Source: an uncultured Planctomycetaceae bacterium
GTDB lineage: Bacteria > Planctomycetota > UBA1135 > GCA-002686595
DNA length: 64,000 nt
Assembly (NCBI GenBank): GCA_964591315.1
Contig: CAZQAT010000001.1
Location: forward strand, 81,673-145,672
Direction of reading: 5' to 3'
Made by a program: the position numbers and the translations under genes. The notes below the pieces were generated by a model, which saw only the letters and a program-made list of their open reading frames with translations, was not told the DNA's origin and ran no database searches. Of this stretch, positions 15,886-26,272 are shown piece after piece; the first letter of the stretch is position 1, and every line of letters starts with the position of its first letter.

Positions 15886-15972
15886 GGTCGGGCGCCGCGG
15901 CGCCCGACCAATCTAACCCGCGTCGCGTGAGGTTCCCTCACCCATTCGGCGCGGCCCGCGCCGCGGGCTGGC

Positions 15973-17145
15973 TCACACGTGGTGCTTCAGGCTCTCCCGG
16001 AGGGTCGGGTCCTGCACCGGCACCAGGGGGGCCCCGGAGAGGTTGCGCAGGGTCTGCCACAGGAACAGGCTGAGCAGGCCGACGACGGGGCCGATCTCCC
16101 ACAGCCCGAGCACGGGACCCTCCCGCATCAAGGCCGGCTCCACCAGCATGTACAGGTTGAGGGCCTGCCCCACGAGCATCACCCAGGCGATGCGCACCAG
16201 GGCCGTCTCGCTGCGACGCATGGCCCGGGGCATCAGGGCGAAGAAGGGGATCATCCAGTTGAGCAGCAGGTTGGCCGCCATCAGGTGCTTCCAGGCCCCC
16301 TGGCCCCGCAGCACGTAGTAGGGCGTCTCCTCGGGCATGTCCGTGTACCAGATCAGCATCCACTGGCAGTACCAGATGTAGCCCCAGAAGAGGGCCAGGC
16401 CGATGCCGATCCTGCCCAGATCGTCCAGGTGGTCCATACGGATCACGCCCCGCAGGGGACCGCGGCGCAGGTAGACCGCCAGCAGGATGCAGACCGCCAG
16501 GCCCGAGGTGCCGACCCCCGAGAGGGTCACCAGGCCGTAGATCGTGCTGAACCAGTGGGGCTCGATCGACTTCAGCCAGTCGATGCTCGCCAGCGAGAAG
16601 GTGACCGCGAAGATCGGCATGAAGAGCGCCGCCCACTTGACGCGCTCGCGGGAGTGGCGCCGGTCGCCGTCCAGGTCCTGGGCGTGAGAGGTGCGCACCA
16701 GCCTGCGGCAGATCCAGATCCAGAGGCTGAAGAAGAGCACCAGCCGCAGCAGGAAGAAGCCGGAGTTGAGGTACGGCGCCTTCGCCTGGAGGATCGGGTC
16801 CGCGATCACGGCCGAGTCGTGTGACCACTCGTAGAGGGAGTGCACGCCGCCCGCCAGGGCCACGCCGAACAGGGCCGCCACCGGCAGGGTGCCGCTCATG
16901 GCCTCGGGGATGCGCCGCAGCACCGTCGCCCAGCGGGCGTTGGAGAGGGTCAGGACCGAGATGAACAGCCCGCCCGAGAGGGCCAGGCCGACGAAGAAGG
17001 TGAAGCCGATCAGGTAGCCGGCCCAGGCGCGCTCGGGGGCCACGAAGAGCCCCAGGAGAAAGGCGAGCCCGCCGACGATGGCGGCGGCCCGCAGGCCCAG
17101 CATCGTGTCCCGCGGCGGGACGAAGGTCAGGGGGTGGGGGATCAT
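15973..17145 (-). CDS. actF: Alternative Complex III subunit ActF (NrfD-like membrane subunit 2)
   Basis: A polytopic membrane protein in the last position of the act cluster. Its start overlaps the actE stop (ATGA). Confidence 0.8.
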   Translation of the reverse strand: MIPHPLTFVPPRDTMLGLRAAAIVGGLAFLLGLFVAPERAWAGYLIGFTFFVGLALSGGLFISVLTLSNARWATVLRRIPEAMSGTLPVAALFGVALAGGVHSLYEWSHDSAVIADPILQAKAPYLNSGFFLLRLVLFFSLWIWICRRLVRTSHAQDLDGDRRHSRERVKWAALFMPIFAVTFSLASIDWLKSIEPHWFSTIYGLVTLSGVGTSGLAVCILLAVYLRRGPLRGVIRMDHLDDLGRIGIGLALFWGYIWYCQWMLIWYTDMPEETPYYVLRGQGAWKHLMAANLLLNWMIPFFALMPRAMRRSETALVRIAWVMLVGQALNLYMLVEPALMREGPVLGLWEIGPVVGLLSLFLWQTLRNLSGAPLVPVQDPTLRESLKHHV

Positions 17146-17720
17146 GGCGACTCCGACTGTTGCAGGGCGCGGATGTGCAGGACGACCTGCCAGCGCTCCT
17201 CGCGGGAGAGCTGGGCCGCGTAGGCGGCCATGTTCCCCTGGCCGTAGGTCAGGATGTGGAACAGCTCTCCGTCCGGGAGGGTCCTGGCGCGTGCCGAGTG
17301 GAGCGACGGGGGCGGCAGCACGCCGCGCTGGGTCACCTTCCCCTGGCCGTCACCGCCGGGGCCGTGGCAGAGGGTGCAGTAGATGCCGTAGAGCTCCCGG
17401 CCGCGGTCCACGTGGGAGCCGTCCGCCGGGTCGAGGGGGTTGGCCAGCTCGCGGCCCATGCGCTGGGCCTCCTCGGTGCCGGGGCCGTAGCGCAGGGGTA
17501 GCTCGCCGCGCGGCACGACCCCCGCCACCAGGGGCTGCTGGGTGATGCCGCCGGGCAGCACGCCGTTCTCGGAGAAGCTCTCGGCGGCCTTCGAGTACAC
17601 CATCTCGGTGAAGACCTCGAGGTTGCGCTGGGTCGGGTCCGTGCGCCACACGGCCCGCAGGCCGAGCGTCAGGAGCCCCACCAGGAGGGCGATCAGGACG
17701 TAGCCTCGCGCGCCGCTCAC
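17142..17720 (-). CDS. actE: Alternative Complex III monoheme cytochrome c subunit ActE
   Basis: The GTG start overlaps the actD stop. There is an N-terminal TM segment, a single CTLCH heme motif, and GNMAAYA as a Met-ligand region. Confidence 0.8.
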   Translation of the reverse strand: MSGARGYVLIALLVGLLTLGLRAVWRTDPTQRNLEVFTEMVYSKAAESFSENGVLPGGITQQPLVAGVVPRGELPLRYGPGTEEAQRMGRELANPLDPADGSHVDRGRELYGIYCTLCHGPGGDGQGKVTQRGVLPPPSLHSARARTLPDGELFHILTYGQGNMAAYAAQLSREERWQVVLHIRALQQSESP

Positions 17721-18247
17721 GACGTCACCTCCTCGGACTCCAGGCGGATCTCCACCGCCCCGTGGCGGTGCAGGAGCTCGTGGAACTCGCCGTCGCGGAA
17801 GGCGGCGTCCGCCTGCGCCAGGATCAGGGCGTGGCGGTCGTCGGTGGTGGCCTCGAGCCCCTCCGGCGCACGTCGACCCGGCCACAGCCCCGAGCGCAGG
17901 AGCAGCGCCGCGGCCGTCGCGAGCCCCGCGAAGAGGATCGTCAGCTCGAAGCCCACCACCGCGAAGGCGGCGAACGAGTTGAAGGGCTTGCCGCCCACGT
18001 TGATGGGCCAGCTCACGCCGCTGGACCAGTACTGGAACCAGAAGCCGAGCACGCAGCCGGTGGCCCCGCCGATCAGGGTCACCCAGGGCAGGCGCGAGCG
18101 GCGGATCCCGAGCACGTCGTCCAGGCCGTGGATGGGGAAGGGCGAGATCACGTCGACCACGGGGATGCTCCGCTCGCGGCACTCGGCCGCGGCGGCCAGC
18201 AGGGCGTGCTCGTCCTCGAAGAAGCCGGTGTGCAGGCGGCGGCTCAT
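17717..18247 (-). CDS. actD: Alternative Complex III subunit ActD (DUF3341-like)
   Basis: It begins MSRRLHTGFFEDEHALLAAAAECRERSIPVVDVISPFPIHGLDD and has two C-terminal TM helices. The start overlaps the actC stop (ATGA). Confidence 0.8.
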   Translation of the reverse strand: MSRRLHTGFFEDEHALLAAAAECRERSIPVVDVISPFPIHGLDDVLGIRRSRLPWVTLIGGATGCVLGFWFQYWSSGVSWPINVGGKPFNSFAAFAVVGFELTILFAGLATAAALLLRSGLWPGRRAPEGLEATTDDRHALILAQADAAFRDGEFHELLHRHGAVEIRLESEEVTS

Positions 18248-19659
18248 GCGACCTCCCGGTGGGCCGCGGCTGACCCGCTGCGCCGCTCGAGGTTCGGCTT
18301 GACCTCGAACATGGCGATCATGGGCACGTAGCGGCAGAAGAGCAGGAAGAGGGTGAAGAACAGGCCGAAGCCTCCCACCAGGGAGCCGACCTCGATCCAG
18401 GTGGGCACGTAGCCCGACCAGCTCGAGGGCAGGAAGTCCCGGTGCAGGGAGGTCACGATGATCACGAAGCGCTCGAACCACATGCCCACGTTGACCACCA
18501 GCGAGAGCAGGAAGAGGAGCAAGAGGTTGTTGCGCACCTTGCGGAACCACAGCAGCTGGGGCGAGATCACGTTGCAGGTCACCATGATCCAGAAGGACCA
18601 GGCCATCGGGCCGCGCATGCGGTTGAGGAAGACGAACTGCTCGTACTTGCTCTGGGAGTACCAGGCCACGAAGAACTCGGTCAGGTAGGCCAGGGCCACG
18701 ATGCTGCCGGTGAACACGAGCACCTTGCAGATGGCGTGGATGTGGCGCATCGTGATGTAGTCCTCGAAGCGCATGGTCTTGCGCGCCACGAGCATCAAGG
18801 TCAACACCATCGCGAAGCCCGAGAAGACGGCCCCGATCACGAAGTAGGGCGGGAAGACCGTCGTGTGCCACCCCGGGATGACCGAGGTGGCGAAGTCGGA
18901 GCTCACGACGCTGTGCACGGAGACCACCAGAGGCGTGGCCAGGGCCGCCAGCAGCACGCAGGCCGCCTCGTAGCGCGACCAGGTGCGGGCGGTGCCGCGC
19001 CAGCCGAGGCTGAGCAGGCTGAAGATCTTCTTGCGGAACCCCTTGGCCCGGTCGCGCACCGTGGCCAGGTCCGGGATCATGCCCACGTACCAGAACACCA
19101 ACGAGATCGTGAAGTAGGTCCCGATGGCGAAGACGTCCCACAGGAGCGCCGAGCGGAAGTTGACCCACAGGGGCCCGCGGAAGTTCGGGTAGGGGAAGAC
19201 CCAGTAGGCCAGCCACGGTCGCCCCATGTGGATCACCGGGTACAGGCCGGCGCAGATCACCGCGAAGATCGTCATCGCCTCCGCGGAGCGGTTGATCGAG
19301 GTGCGCCACTTCTGGCGGAACAGCAGCAGGACCGCGGAGATCAGGGTCCCCGCGTGGCCGATCCCGACCCAGAAGACGAAGTTCGTGATGTCGAACCCCC
19401 AGCCGACCGTGCGGTTGAGGCCCCAGGTGCCGATGCCGTTGGCGACCTGGTAGCCGACCGCGAGGACGCCCAGGAGCAGGGCCGAGAGGGCGGCCAGGAA
19501 GCCCGCGTACCACAGGCCCGTGGGCTTGCCCTCCAGGGGCCCGCACACGTCGCGCGTCATGTCCCCGGCGCTCTTTCCGCCGGTGATCAGCGGCGGCTCG
19601 TCCGGGGGCGCTGCAAGGGGCGGGGCGAGGGGCGCCGCCAGGTGCTGCTCAACCGTCAT
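18244..19659 (-). CDS. actC: Alternative Complex III quinol-interacting membrane subunit ActC (NrfD/PsrC family)
   Basis: A 471-aa polytopic NrfD-like protein that overlaps the actB stop by 11 nt. Confidence 0.9.
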   Translation of the reverse strand: MTVEQHLAAPLAPPLAAPPDEPPLITGGKSAGDMTRDVCGPLEGKPTGLWYAGFLAALSALLLGVLAVGYQVANGIGTWGLNRTVGWGFDITNFVFWVGIGHAGTLISAVLLLFRQKWRTSINRSAEAMTIFAVICAGLYPVIHMGRPWLAYWVFPYPNFRGPLWVNFRSALLWDVFAIGTYFTISLVFWYVGMIPDLATVRDRAKGFRKKIFSLLSLGWRGTARTWSRYEAACVLLAALATPLVVSVHSVVSSDFATSVIPGWHTTVFPPYFVIGAVFSGFAMVLTLMLVARKTMRFEDYITMRHIHAICKVLVFTGSIVALAYLTEFFVAWYSQSKYEQFVFLNRMRGPMAWSFWIMVTCNVISPQLLWFRKVRNNLLLLFLLSLVVNVGMWFERFVIIVTSLHRDFLPSSWSGYVPTWIEVGSLVGGFGLFFTLFLLFCRYVPMIAMFEVKPNLERRSGSAAAHREVA

Positions 19660-22600
19660 GGTGTCCGGCCTCCGGGCTCGCGTGCCCGTCGCTGGGTGGG
19701 TTCGTGATGCGTGCCAGGTAGTGCACCGAGGGCTTCACGTTGAGCTCCTCGAGCACTCGGTAGGAGCGCTGTCGGTGGGCGAGCTTCGAGACCTCGCTCT
19801 CGGGGTCGTTCAGGTCGCCGAAGACGATGGCGCGGGTCGGGCAGGACTGCTGGCAGGCCACCCTGATGTCCCCGTCCGCCAGGGGCACGCCCTTGCGCAC
19901 CGCCTCGGACCTCGCCTCCTGGATGCGCTGGGCGCAGAAGCTGCACTTCTCCATGACCCCGCGGGTGCGCACGGTCACGTCCGGATTGAGGGCCTGGTTC
20001 TCGAGCTCGTCCTCGTGCGGATAGTCGAACCAGTTGAAGCGCCGCACCTTGTAGGGGCACGTGTTCGCGCAGTAGCGGGTGCCGACGCAGCGGTTGTAGA
20101 CCTGCTGGTTGAGGCCGTCGGTCGAGTGCACGGTGGCCAGCACCGGGCAGACCGCCTCGCAGGGGGCGTGGTCGCACTGCTGGCAGAACATGGGCTGGTG
20201 GGCGGCGCCCAGGTCGTCCTCGCCGCCGGTGAAGTAGCGGTCGATACGCATCCAGCTCATCTCCCGGTGGCGCAGGACCTCGTCCTTGCCCACCACCGGC
20301 ACGTTGTTCTCCGCCTGGCAGCCCACCGCGCAGGCGGAGCAGCCGATGCAGCGGGTCAGGTCCACGCTCATGCCCCAGCGGGGGCCGTCGTTGGCGTGGT
20401 CGTCGGGCCACAGCTCTGCCTCCGGCAGGTGGTGGCCGTGGGCCAGGGCGTGCTCGGGGTCGTGCTGGAAGTCGGCGAAGGTGGCGGCCCGCACGGCGTT
20501 GCGCACCTCGCCGCCCTCCGGGGCGACGTGCGGCGGGACCTCGAGGGAGTGGTGGTCCTGGGTGGAGGCCAGGTCGACGCGCCCGCCGGCCGCCTCGACC
20601 CGCAGGCCGCCGCGCTGGTGGCGCAGGGCCCCGTCGCGCAGCTCGCTCAGGAGGGCCGCGTTGGCGCCGATGGTCTCGCCTCTCTCGATCGTCGGCTGGC
20701 CCTCGAGCCACTGCGGGCCGACCTTGGCGAAGCGGTCCGTCCCGATGCGTCCGTAGCCCAGGGCCACGGCCACCACGTCGTCGTGCTGGCCGCGCTGCAC
20801 CAGGGTCGGCAGCACGAGCTCCGGGCCGCCCTCGGCGGCCACCAGGCGCACCAGGTCGCCGTCCTCCAGGCCGAGCTGCTCGGCGCGAGCGGGGGAGAGG
20901 CTGGCCCAGTTGTCCCAGGTGACCTTGGTGATCGGGTCCGGCAGCTCCTGCAGCCAGGGGTTGTGGGCGTGGCGGCCGTCGAGCTGGGCCAGGTTGGCGT
21001 GCAGCACGAGGGTCAGCCCGCCCGCCGCGGCGCCGGTCGGCGCGGCGCCGAGGGCAGCGCCGTCGAAGGCAGGCTCCGCGGGCTGGCGCGCCTCCTGCAC
21101 GAAGCCGTCGTGCAGGGCGCGGTCGAAGAAGGCCTGGAAGTCCTCGCCGGCGGCGACCCGCGGGTGAACGTGCGCGCGCCAGGCGTCGCGCAGGAGGTCG
21201 TAGTCCTCGCGGGCGTCACCGATCCAGGAGGCCAGGAGGCGCGCCAGGCTGCGCGTCTGGCGCAGGGCCGGAAGGGCCGGCTGGGTCAGGGACCAGCGCC
21301 CGACCTCCGGCTCTCCGTCGCCCCAGGCCTCGAGGGCGTGGGGGCGGGGCAGGACGAGGTCCGCCAGGCCCACGGTCTCGTCGAGGCTCGCCGCGTGGGC
21401 CACGTGGGTGCCGGCCCTCTCGATCGCCGTCACGACGTCCGGCGGCAGGTCGTAGGCCGGGTTGACGCCGGAGGTGATCAGGAGCTCGACACTGCCCGCC
21501 TCGAGCTCCGCGCGCAGGTTGGCCAGGGCGCGGTCGTCCCCGCGCATCTGGTTCGAGGGGCGCGCGACCGACAGCGTTCGGCCGTAGGCCCCGAGCAGCT
21601 CGTTGGCGTAGGCGGTGTGGAGCTGGGCCTGAAGGTCGTTCTGACCGCAGACGACCAGGGCCTGCCCGCGGGCGCGCCAGAGCTCGTCCGCCAGCTCCTC
21701 GACCCAGGGCGCGGCCTCGACCTCGCCGTCCAGGCGGCCGCCTGCCCCCGCGCGCGTCTCGAGGGCGCGGCAGAGGGCGAAGAGCTGGGCGGGCACGTCG
21801 TCCGGGGCGACCCGCAGGCGCCGGTCGGCGACGGTGCCGGTGAGGGACACCCGCGCCTCGAGCTGCACGTGGCGGGACATCCAGCCCTCCTCGCGGTCGG
21901 GCCGGCGCCCCTCGGCGTAGGCGGCGGCGAAGGCCACGGGCGAGATCCAGGTGCCGAGGAAGTCCGCCTCGAAGGAGGCGATCACTTCGGCCTTGTCGAA
22001 GCGGAAGCTCGGCAGGGCGCGCACCCCCCGCGTCAACCCGTGGGCGTCGAGCAGGGCGGAGACCGAGAGGGCGTCGTAGGCGACGTGGCGGGCGTTCGGG
22101 TTCACCTCCAGGAAGGCCTCGAGCGCCGCCTGCTGGGCGGGGCCGTGGAGGCTGCCGGTCAGGAGGCGTACCGCGCCGCCGGAGGCCCGGGCCGCGTCGA
22201 GGCGCGCGGCGACGAAGGCGTCGGCCTCGGACCAGGTGGTGGCCTCGAAGCCGCCGCTGTCCGTGGCGCGCTGGGGTGCGGTGAAGCGCCTCGAGTCGTA
22301 GAGGGAGAGGACCTCTGCCTGGCCCACGGCGCACAGGCCGCCGCGGGAGAGGGCGTGGGTCTCGTTGCCCTCGAGCTTGATCGGGCGCCCGTCGCGGCAC
22401 TTGGCCAGCACCCCGCAGGCGGCGGAGCAGCCGGCGCAGGTGGTGGCCAGCCAGTAGGCCCGGCCAGCTACGGTGCCGACGGGGGCGAGCAGGTTCGGCA
22501 CCACGTGCCGCAGAGGCGCGCGGCTACAGCTGCTGAGGGCCCCGGCCGTCAGGCCGAAGCCGGTCAAGCGCAGGAAGGCGCGTCGGGAGACGTCCGTGTC

Positions 22601-22669
22601 CTCGCCGGGCAAGAGCAGGGAGGCCTCGGCCGCGCGGAGCTCGGGGGGCAGGGGGTCGTTCGGGCTCAC
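19649..22669 (-). CDS. actB: Alternative Complex III subunit ActB (molybdopterin-oxidoreductase-like domain fused to a 4Fe-4S ferredoxin domain)
   Basis: I placed the GTG start just after the actA stop. The Tat signal is SRRAFLRLTGFGLTAG. The C-terminal Fe-S motifs are CIGCSACAVGC, CQQCDHAPC and CVGTRYCANTCP. Confidence 0.9.
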   Translation of the reverse strand: MSPNDPLPPELRAAEASLLLPGEDTDVSRRAFLRLTGFGLTAGALSSCSRAPLRHVVPNLLAPVGTVAGRAYWLATTCAGCSAACGVLAKCRDGRPIKLEGNETHALSRGGLCAVGQAEVLSLYDSRRFTAPQRATDSGGFEATTWSEADAFVAARLDAARASGGAVRLLTGSLHGPAQQAALEAFLEVNPNARHVAYDALSVSALLDAHGLTRGVRALPSFRFDKAEVIASFEADFLGTWISPVAFAAAYAEGRRPDREEGWMSRHVQLEARVSLTGTVADRRLRVAPDDVPAQLFALCRALETRAGAGGRLDGEVEAAPWVEELADELWRARGQALVVCGQNDLQAQLHTAYANELLGAYGRTLSVARPSNQMRGDDRALANLRAELEAGSVELLITSGVNPAYDLPPDVVTAIERAGTHVAHAASLDETVGLADLVLPRPHALEAWGDGEPEVGRWSLTQPALPALRQTRSLARLLASWIGDAREDYDLLRDAWRAHVHPRVAAGEDFQAFFDRALHDGFVQEARQPAEPAFDGAALGAAPTGAAAGGLTLVLHANLAQLDGRHAHNPWLQELPDPITKVTWDNWASLSPARAEQLGLEDGDLVRLVAAEGGPELVLPTLVQRGQHDDVVAVALGYGRIGTDRFAKVGPQWLEGQPTIERGETIGANAALLSELRDGALRHQRGGLRVEAAGGRVDLASTQDHHSLEVPPHVAPEGGEVRNAVRAATFADFQHDPEHALAHGHHLPEAELWPDDHANDGPRWGMSVDLTRCIGCSACAVGCQAENNVPVVGKDEVLRHREMSWMRIDRYFTGGEDDLGAAHQPMFCQQCDHAPCEAVCPVLATVHSTDGLNQQVYNRCVGTRYCANTCPYKVRRFNWFDYPHEDELENQALNPDVTVRTRGVMEKCSFCAQRIQEARSEAVRKGVPLADGDIRVACQQSCPTRAIVFGDLNDPESEVSKLAHRQRSYRVLEELNVKPSVHYLARITNPPSDGHASPEAGHHDG

Positions 22670-22671
22670 GG

Positions 22672-23340
22672 CTACAGGTGGCAGGTGGTGCAGTTGGTGG
22701 AAACGTGGTCCCCGACGCGCTCGCCCTCGAGCGACGCCTCGCCGTGGACGGAGACCCGCCGGGTGCGGTGGCAGTCGATGCACCAGCCCATGCTCAGGCT
22801 CTCCTCCTGGCGCATGCGGTCCATGCTGCGCACGGGGCCGTGGCAGGACTCGCAGGCCACGTCCCGGGCCACGTGCACCCGGTGGTCGAAGTAGACGAAG
22901 TCCGCCATGTCGTGCACGCGCACCCACTCGATGGGGCGCGGCTCGGCGTCCGGACGGGGGTTCAGCTCCTCGTCCAGGCCCAGGGCGTCGTAGAGCTTGC
23001 GCAGCTCCGCCGACTCGATCCGCGCGGGCTCGCGGCCCTCCGCCTCGGCCCGGTCGCGCTCCTCGAGCACCGCGTCGAAGCCGGCGGTGACCGTCTTGTG
23101 GCAGTTCATGCAGAGATCCGCCGGAGGGACCCCCGCGTGGCGGCTGGAGCGGGCGCCGTAGTGGCAGTACAGGCAGTCCATCCCCAGCTCTCCCGCGTGC
23201 AGGCGGTGGGAGAACTCGATCGGCTGCACCGGCGCGTAGCCCTGGTGGTTGCCCGGCAGGCGGACCTCGCTGGTCAGGGCGACCACGACCAGGCCGAGCA
23301 GCAGGCTGCAGAGGCCGAAGATCACGTGGTTCATCGACAT
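22672..23340 (-). CDS. actA: Alternative Complex III pentaheme cytochrome c subunit ActA
   Basis: An N-terminal TM anchor followed by five CXXCH motifs (CLYCH, CMNCH, CESCH, CIDCH, CTTCH). Confidence 0.9.
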   Translation of the reverse strand: MSMNHVIFGLCSLLLGLVVVALTSEVRLPGNHQGYAPVQPIEFSHRLHAGELGMDCLYCHYGARSSRHAGVPPADLCMNCHKTVTAGFDAVLEERDRAEAEGREPARIESAELRKLYDALGLDEELNPRPDAEPRPIEWVRVHDMADFVYFDHRVHVARDVACESCHGPVRSMDRMRQEESLSMGWCIDCHRTRRVSVHGEASLEGERVGDHVSTNCTTCHL

Positions 23341-23352
23341 GGGCGCGTCACC

Positions 23353-24960
23353 TCAGGGGTTCTTGTGATCGGCCTTCGGGCCGAGGTAGTACCACCAGTT
23401 CAGGACCACGCAGACCGCGTAGAAGGCGGCCAGCCCGTACATGGCGTACTCGGGCGTCTTGGCCTTCATCTGCTCGCCGATCAGCTTCGGGATCAGGAAG
23501 GCGCCGTAGGCGGCCACGGCCGAGGTCCAGCCGAGCACCGGGCCCGCCTGCTCCTTGTCGAAGACGATCGAGATCGTGCGGAAGGTCGACCCGTTGCCCA
23601 CGCCGGTGGCGGCGAAGAGGATCACGATCAGCACGAAGAAGGGCATGAAGAACTCCTCCGGCGTCGCGGACTGGTAGGCCTGGGCGGAGTAGTAGCCCAC
23701 ACCGATGGCCGAGAGGGTCATCACGATCGCCACCACCTGGGTCACGATGGCGCCGCCCACCTTGTCGGAGATCATCCCCCCGATGGGCCGGATCAGGGCC
23801 CCGACGAAGGCGCCCACCCAGACGAACATGAAGGTGGCGGGGGCCTCGGGGTTGGGCGTGGTGTGGGTCATCACGCCGTCGACCTCGATGTGCTGGAAGC
23901 CGAAGATGAACTTGATCGCGAGGCCGACCGCGGCGGAGAACCCGATGAACGACCCGAAGGTCATCGTGTAGATGATCGTCATCACCCACGTGTGCTTGTT
24001 GCCGAAGATCTTGTACTGCCGCTCCAGGTTGCCCTTGATCTCCCCGGGGGAGAGGGCCTTCATCAGGACCACGGTCAGGGCGATCACGGCCGGCAGCACG
24101 ATCCACTTGACCCAGGTCAGCTCGGGGAACTGCAGGATCACATAGAGCCCGGCGCCGGCCGTGGCGAAGCCGATCAAGAGCAGCCACGAGATTCGCCCGA
24201 AGCACACCAGCGGGTTCTTGATGTTGGGCGTGACGTGCTCGGTGGTGATGTTGTTCAGCCGCGTCCAGCCCAGGATGGCCAGGGGGATGAGCCAGTACAT
24301 CCACACGAAGCCGGCGCTCGAGAGCCAGGTGTCCGAGCCGGCCTCGATGCGCTTGAAGATCGTGCCGCTCTTCGACGCCAGGGTCATCGGGTCGCCGCTC
24401 AGGGGGCCCACGATGGCTGCCGTCATCCCGAGCGGGATCAGGATCTGCATCGTCGTGACCCCGAAGTTCCCCAGCCCCGCGTTCATCCCGAGCGCGTAGC
24501 CCTGGACCTTCTTGGGGTAGAAGAAGCTGATGTTGGACATCGACGAGGCGAAGTTCCCGCCGCCGATGCCCGACAGGAAGGCCAGGGCCTGGAACACCCA
24601 CAGGGGCGTGTTCCTGTCCTGCAGGGTGATGGCCGCCCCGAGGGCGGGGATCATAAGCAGGGCCGTCGTGAAGACGATCGTGTTGCGCCCCCCGGCGAGC
24701 CGGATGAAGAAGGTGCTGGGGATGCGCAGGGTCGCGCCGGTCAGGCCCGCGATGGCGGTCAGGGTGAAGAGCTCCGACTGGGTGAAGTCGAAGCCCAGGT
24801 TCTTCATCTGGACCGTGATGATCCCCCACATCAGCCAGACGGCGAAGCCGCACAGGAGGCTGGGGATCGAGATCCACAGGTTTCGGTTGGCGATCTTCTT
24901 GCCGGTGGAGTCCCAGAACGTCTCGTCCTCGGGGTTCCAGGTCTTCAGGTCAGCACTCAT
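23353..24960 (-). CDS. narK: MFS nitrate/nitrite transporter NarK
   Basis: I placed the start at MSADLKTWNPEDETFWD. NarK signatures are GFAVWLMW, LTGATLRIP and FLSGIGGGNFASSM. The gene ends only 12 nt before the actA start. Confidence 0.9.
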   Translation of the reverse strand: MSADLKTWNPEDETFWDSTGKKIANRNLWISIPSLLCGFAVWLMWGIITVQMKNLGFDFTQSELFTLTAIAGLTGATLRIPSTFFIRLAGGRNTIVFTTALLMIPALGAAITLQDRNTPLWVFQALAFLSGIGGGNFASSMSNISFFYPKKVQGYALGMNAGLGNFGVTTMQILIPLGMTAAIVGPLSGDPMTLASKSGTIFKRIEAGSDTWLSSAGFVWMYWLIPLAILGWTRLNNITTEHVTPNIKNPLVCFGRISWLLLIGFATAGAGLYVILQFPELTWVKWIVLPAVIALTVVLMKALSPGEIKGNLERQYKIFGNKHTWVMTIIYTMTFGSFIGFSAAVGLAIKFIFGFQHIEVDGVMTHTTPNPEAPATFMFVWVGAFVGALIRPIGGMISDKVGGAIVTQVVAIVMTLSAIGVGYYSAQAYQSATPEEFFMPFFVLIVILFAATGVGNGSTFRTISIVFDKEQAGPVLGWTSAVAAYGAFLIPKLIGEQMKAKTPEYAMYGLAAFYAVCVVLNWWYYLGPKADHKNP

Positions 24961-25001
24961 GGCGCGGTGGGGAGGGAGGGCGTGGTGGTTCCGCGGGAGG
25001 G

Positions 25002-25691
25002 TCAGGAGGACTTCCGGATGCGCTTGCGGTCCCAGTTCCAGACGACGACCTGGGTCTTGCGCCACAGGTAGGGGTTGGGCACGACGAGGACGTGCACCAG
25101 CCGCGTGAACGGGAACACGAGGATGATCAGCCAGGCATTGATGATGTGCGCCTTCACGAGCCACGGCATGGGCGCGATGTAGGACACGTCAGGGTTGAAC
25201 TTCACCAGGGACCAGAGCCAGGGCGTCATGTTCGTTGCGAACCAGGAGCTGCCCCAGCTGTGCTGGATGGAGATCGCTATGCCGGTCACGACCTGGACCA
25301 GCAGGCCGCCGTAGATGAACCAGTCCCCGGGGGTGGTCACCCGGCGCGCCTTGCTGAAGCGGAAGCGCCGGATGACGATGTTCACCAGGCCCGCCAGGGT
25401 GAGCACGGCCACGGCCAGGCCAGTGACCTCCAGCAGCACCAGCCGGAAGGTGGAGGCGTTCCAGCTCAGCAGGGTCTCGGGCAGGAGGAAGGCGAAGATG
25501 TGCCCGGCCAGCACGGTCAGGATCCCGTAGTGGAAGGGGACCGAGGCCCAGAAGTGCTGCTGGTTCTCCAGGAACTGCGAGGACAGGCTCGAGTAGGAGA
25601 AGGAGGCCATCCGGTAGCGCCGAATCGTGACCAGGAAGAACACGACCAGGGAGACGTAGGGCAGGACGCCGAACCAGAGGTAGTCGTTCAT
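25002..25691 (-). CDS. narI: Respiratory nitrate reductase gamma subunit NarI (dihaem b, quinol-oxidising)
   Basis: The 229-aa protein begins MNDYLWFGVLPYVSLVVFFLVTIRRY and contains FHYGILTVLAGH. It follows narJ with a 4-nt overlap. Confidence 0.9.
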   Translation of the reverse strand: MNDYLWFGVLPYVSLVVFFLVTIRRYRMASFSYSSLSSQFLENQQHFWASVPFHYGILTVLAGHIFAFLLPETLLSWNASTFRLVLLEVTGLAVAVLTLAGLVNIVIRRFRFSKARRVTTPGDWFIYGGLLVQVVTGIAISIQHSWGSSWFATNMTPWLWSLVKFNPDVSYIAPMPWLVKAHIINAWLIILVFPFTRLVHVLVVPNPYLWRKTQVVVWNWDRKRIRKSS

Positions 25692-26269
25692 CGCTCGAGC
25701 TCGCTCGGGGCGCCCCCGGCGGGGGCGGCCTCTTCGGAGGGGGTGGAGTGGGCGCCGTCGACGAAGCGTTTCAGACCGCGCAGGACGCCGTAGTAGGGGT
25801 TGTCCTGGTCCCCGAATCCTTCGAGGACCTTGGCCAGGGCCGGGGAGACGACGCCGGAGGCGATCGCTCGGGCTGTGCCCGCGTCGGCACGCGCGAGCAC
25901 CAGGAGCACGTGGGAGATGTGGTCGGGTAGCTCGGCGTTCTCGGTCACGTCGTGCCGCCTCAGGAGGTCGCGCATGCGGACCATGAAGGCGCCGCGGGCG
26001 TAGCTCTCGCCGTACAGGTGCCAGCCCACCTCGAGGGCGCGCTCGGCGTTGGAGTCGAAGGTCCTGGTGAACACCTCCTCCAGGGCGCTGGGGCCGTTCT
26101 CCTGCAGGTACTCGAGCAGGGGCAGCAGGTCCGGACCACGCTCAGGGGCCTGCTCGAGGACCAGTCCGACGTGCTCGGAGAGGGCCGGGTCTTCCCCGCG
26201 GCCGGGGTAGCGCAGGAGCTCCGCCCAGGCGGCGTAGCAAGTGGCGTGGTCGGGCTCGACGCGCACCAT
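25688..26269 (-). CDS. narJ: Nitrate reductase molybdenum cofactor assembly chaperone NarJ
   Basis: A 193-aa acidic helical protein in the position between narH and narI. Confidence 0.8.
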   Translation of the reverse strand: MVRVEPDHATCYAAWAELLRYPGRGEDPALSEHVGLVLEQAPERGPDLLPLLEYLQENGPSALEEVFTRTFDSNAERALEVGWHLYGESYARGAFMVRMRDLLRRHDVTENAELPDHISHVLLVLARADAGTARAIASGVVSPALAKVLEGFGDQDNPYYGVLRGLKRFVDGAHSTPSEEAAPAGGAPSELER

Positions 26270-26272
26270 GGC

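Noticed and set aside
15886-15972. An actG gene or a haem-copper oxidase operon following actF.
   Set aside because: The gap is only 87 nt, and the next gene is a GT-C/DUF2142-like membrane protein. There is no small single-TM ActG-like ORF or cox gene in the window.
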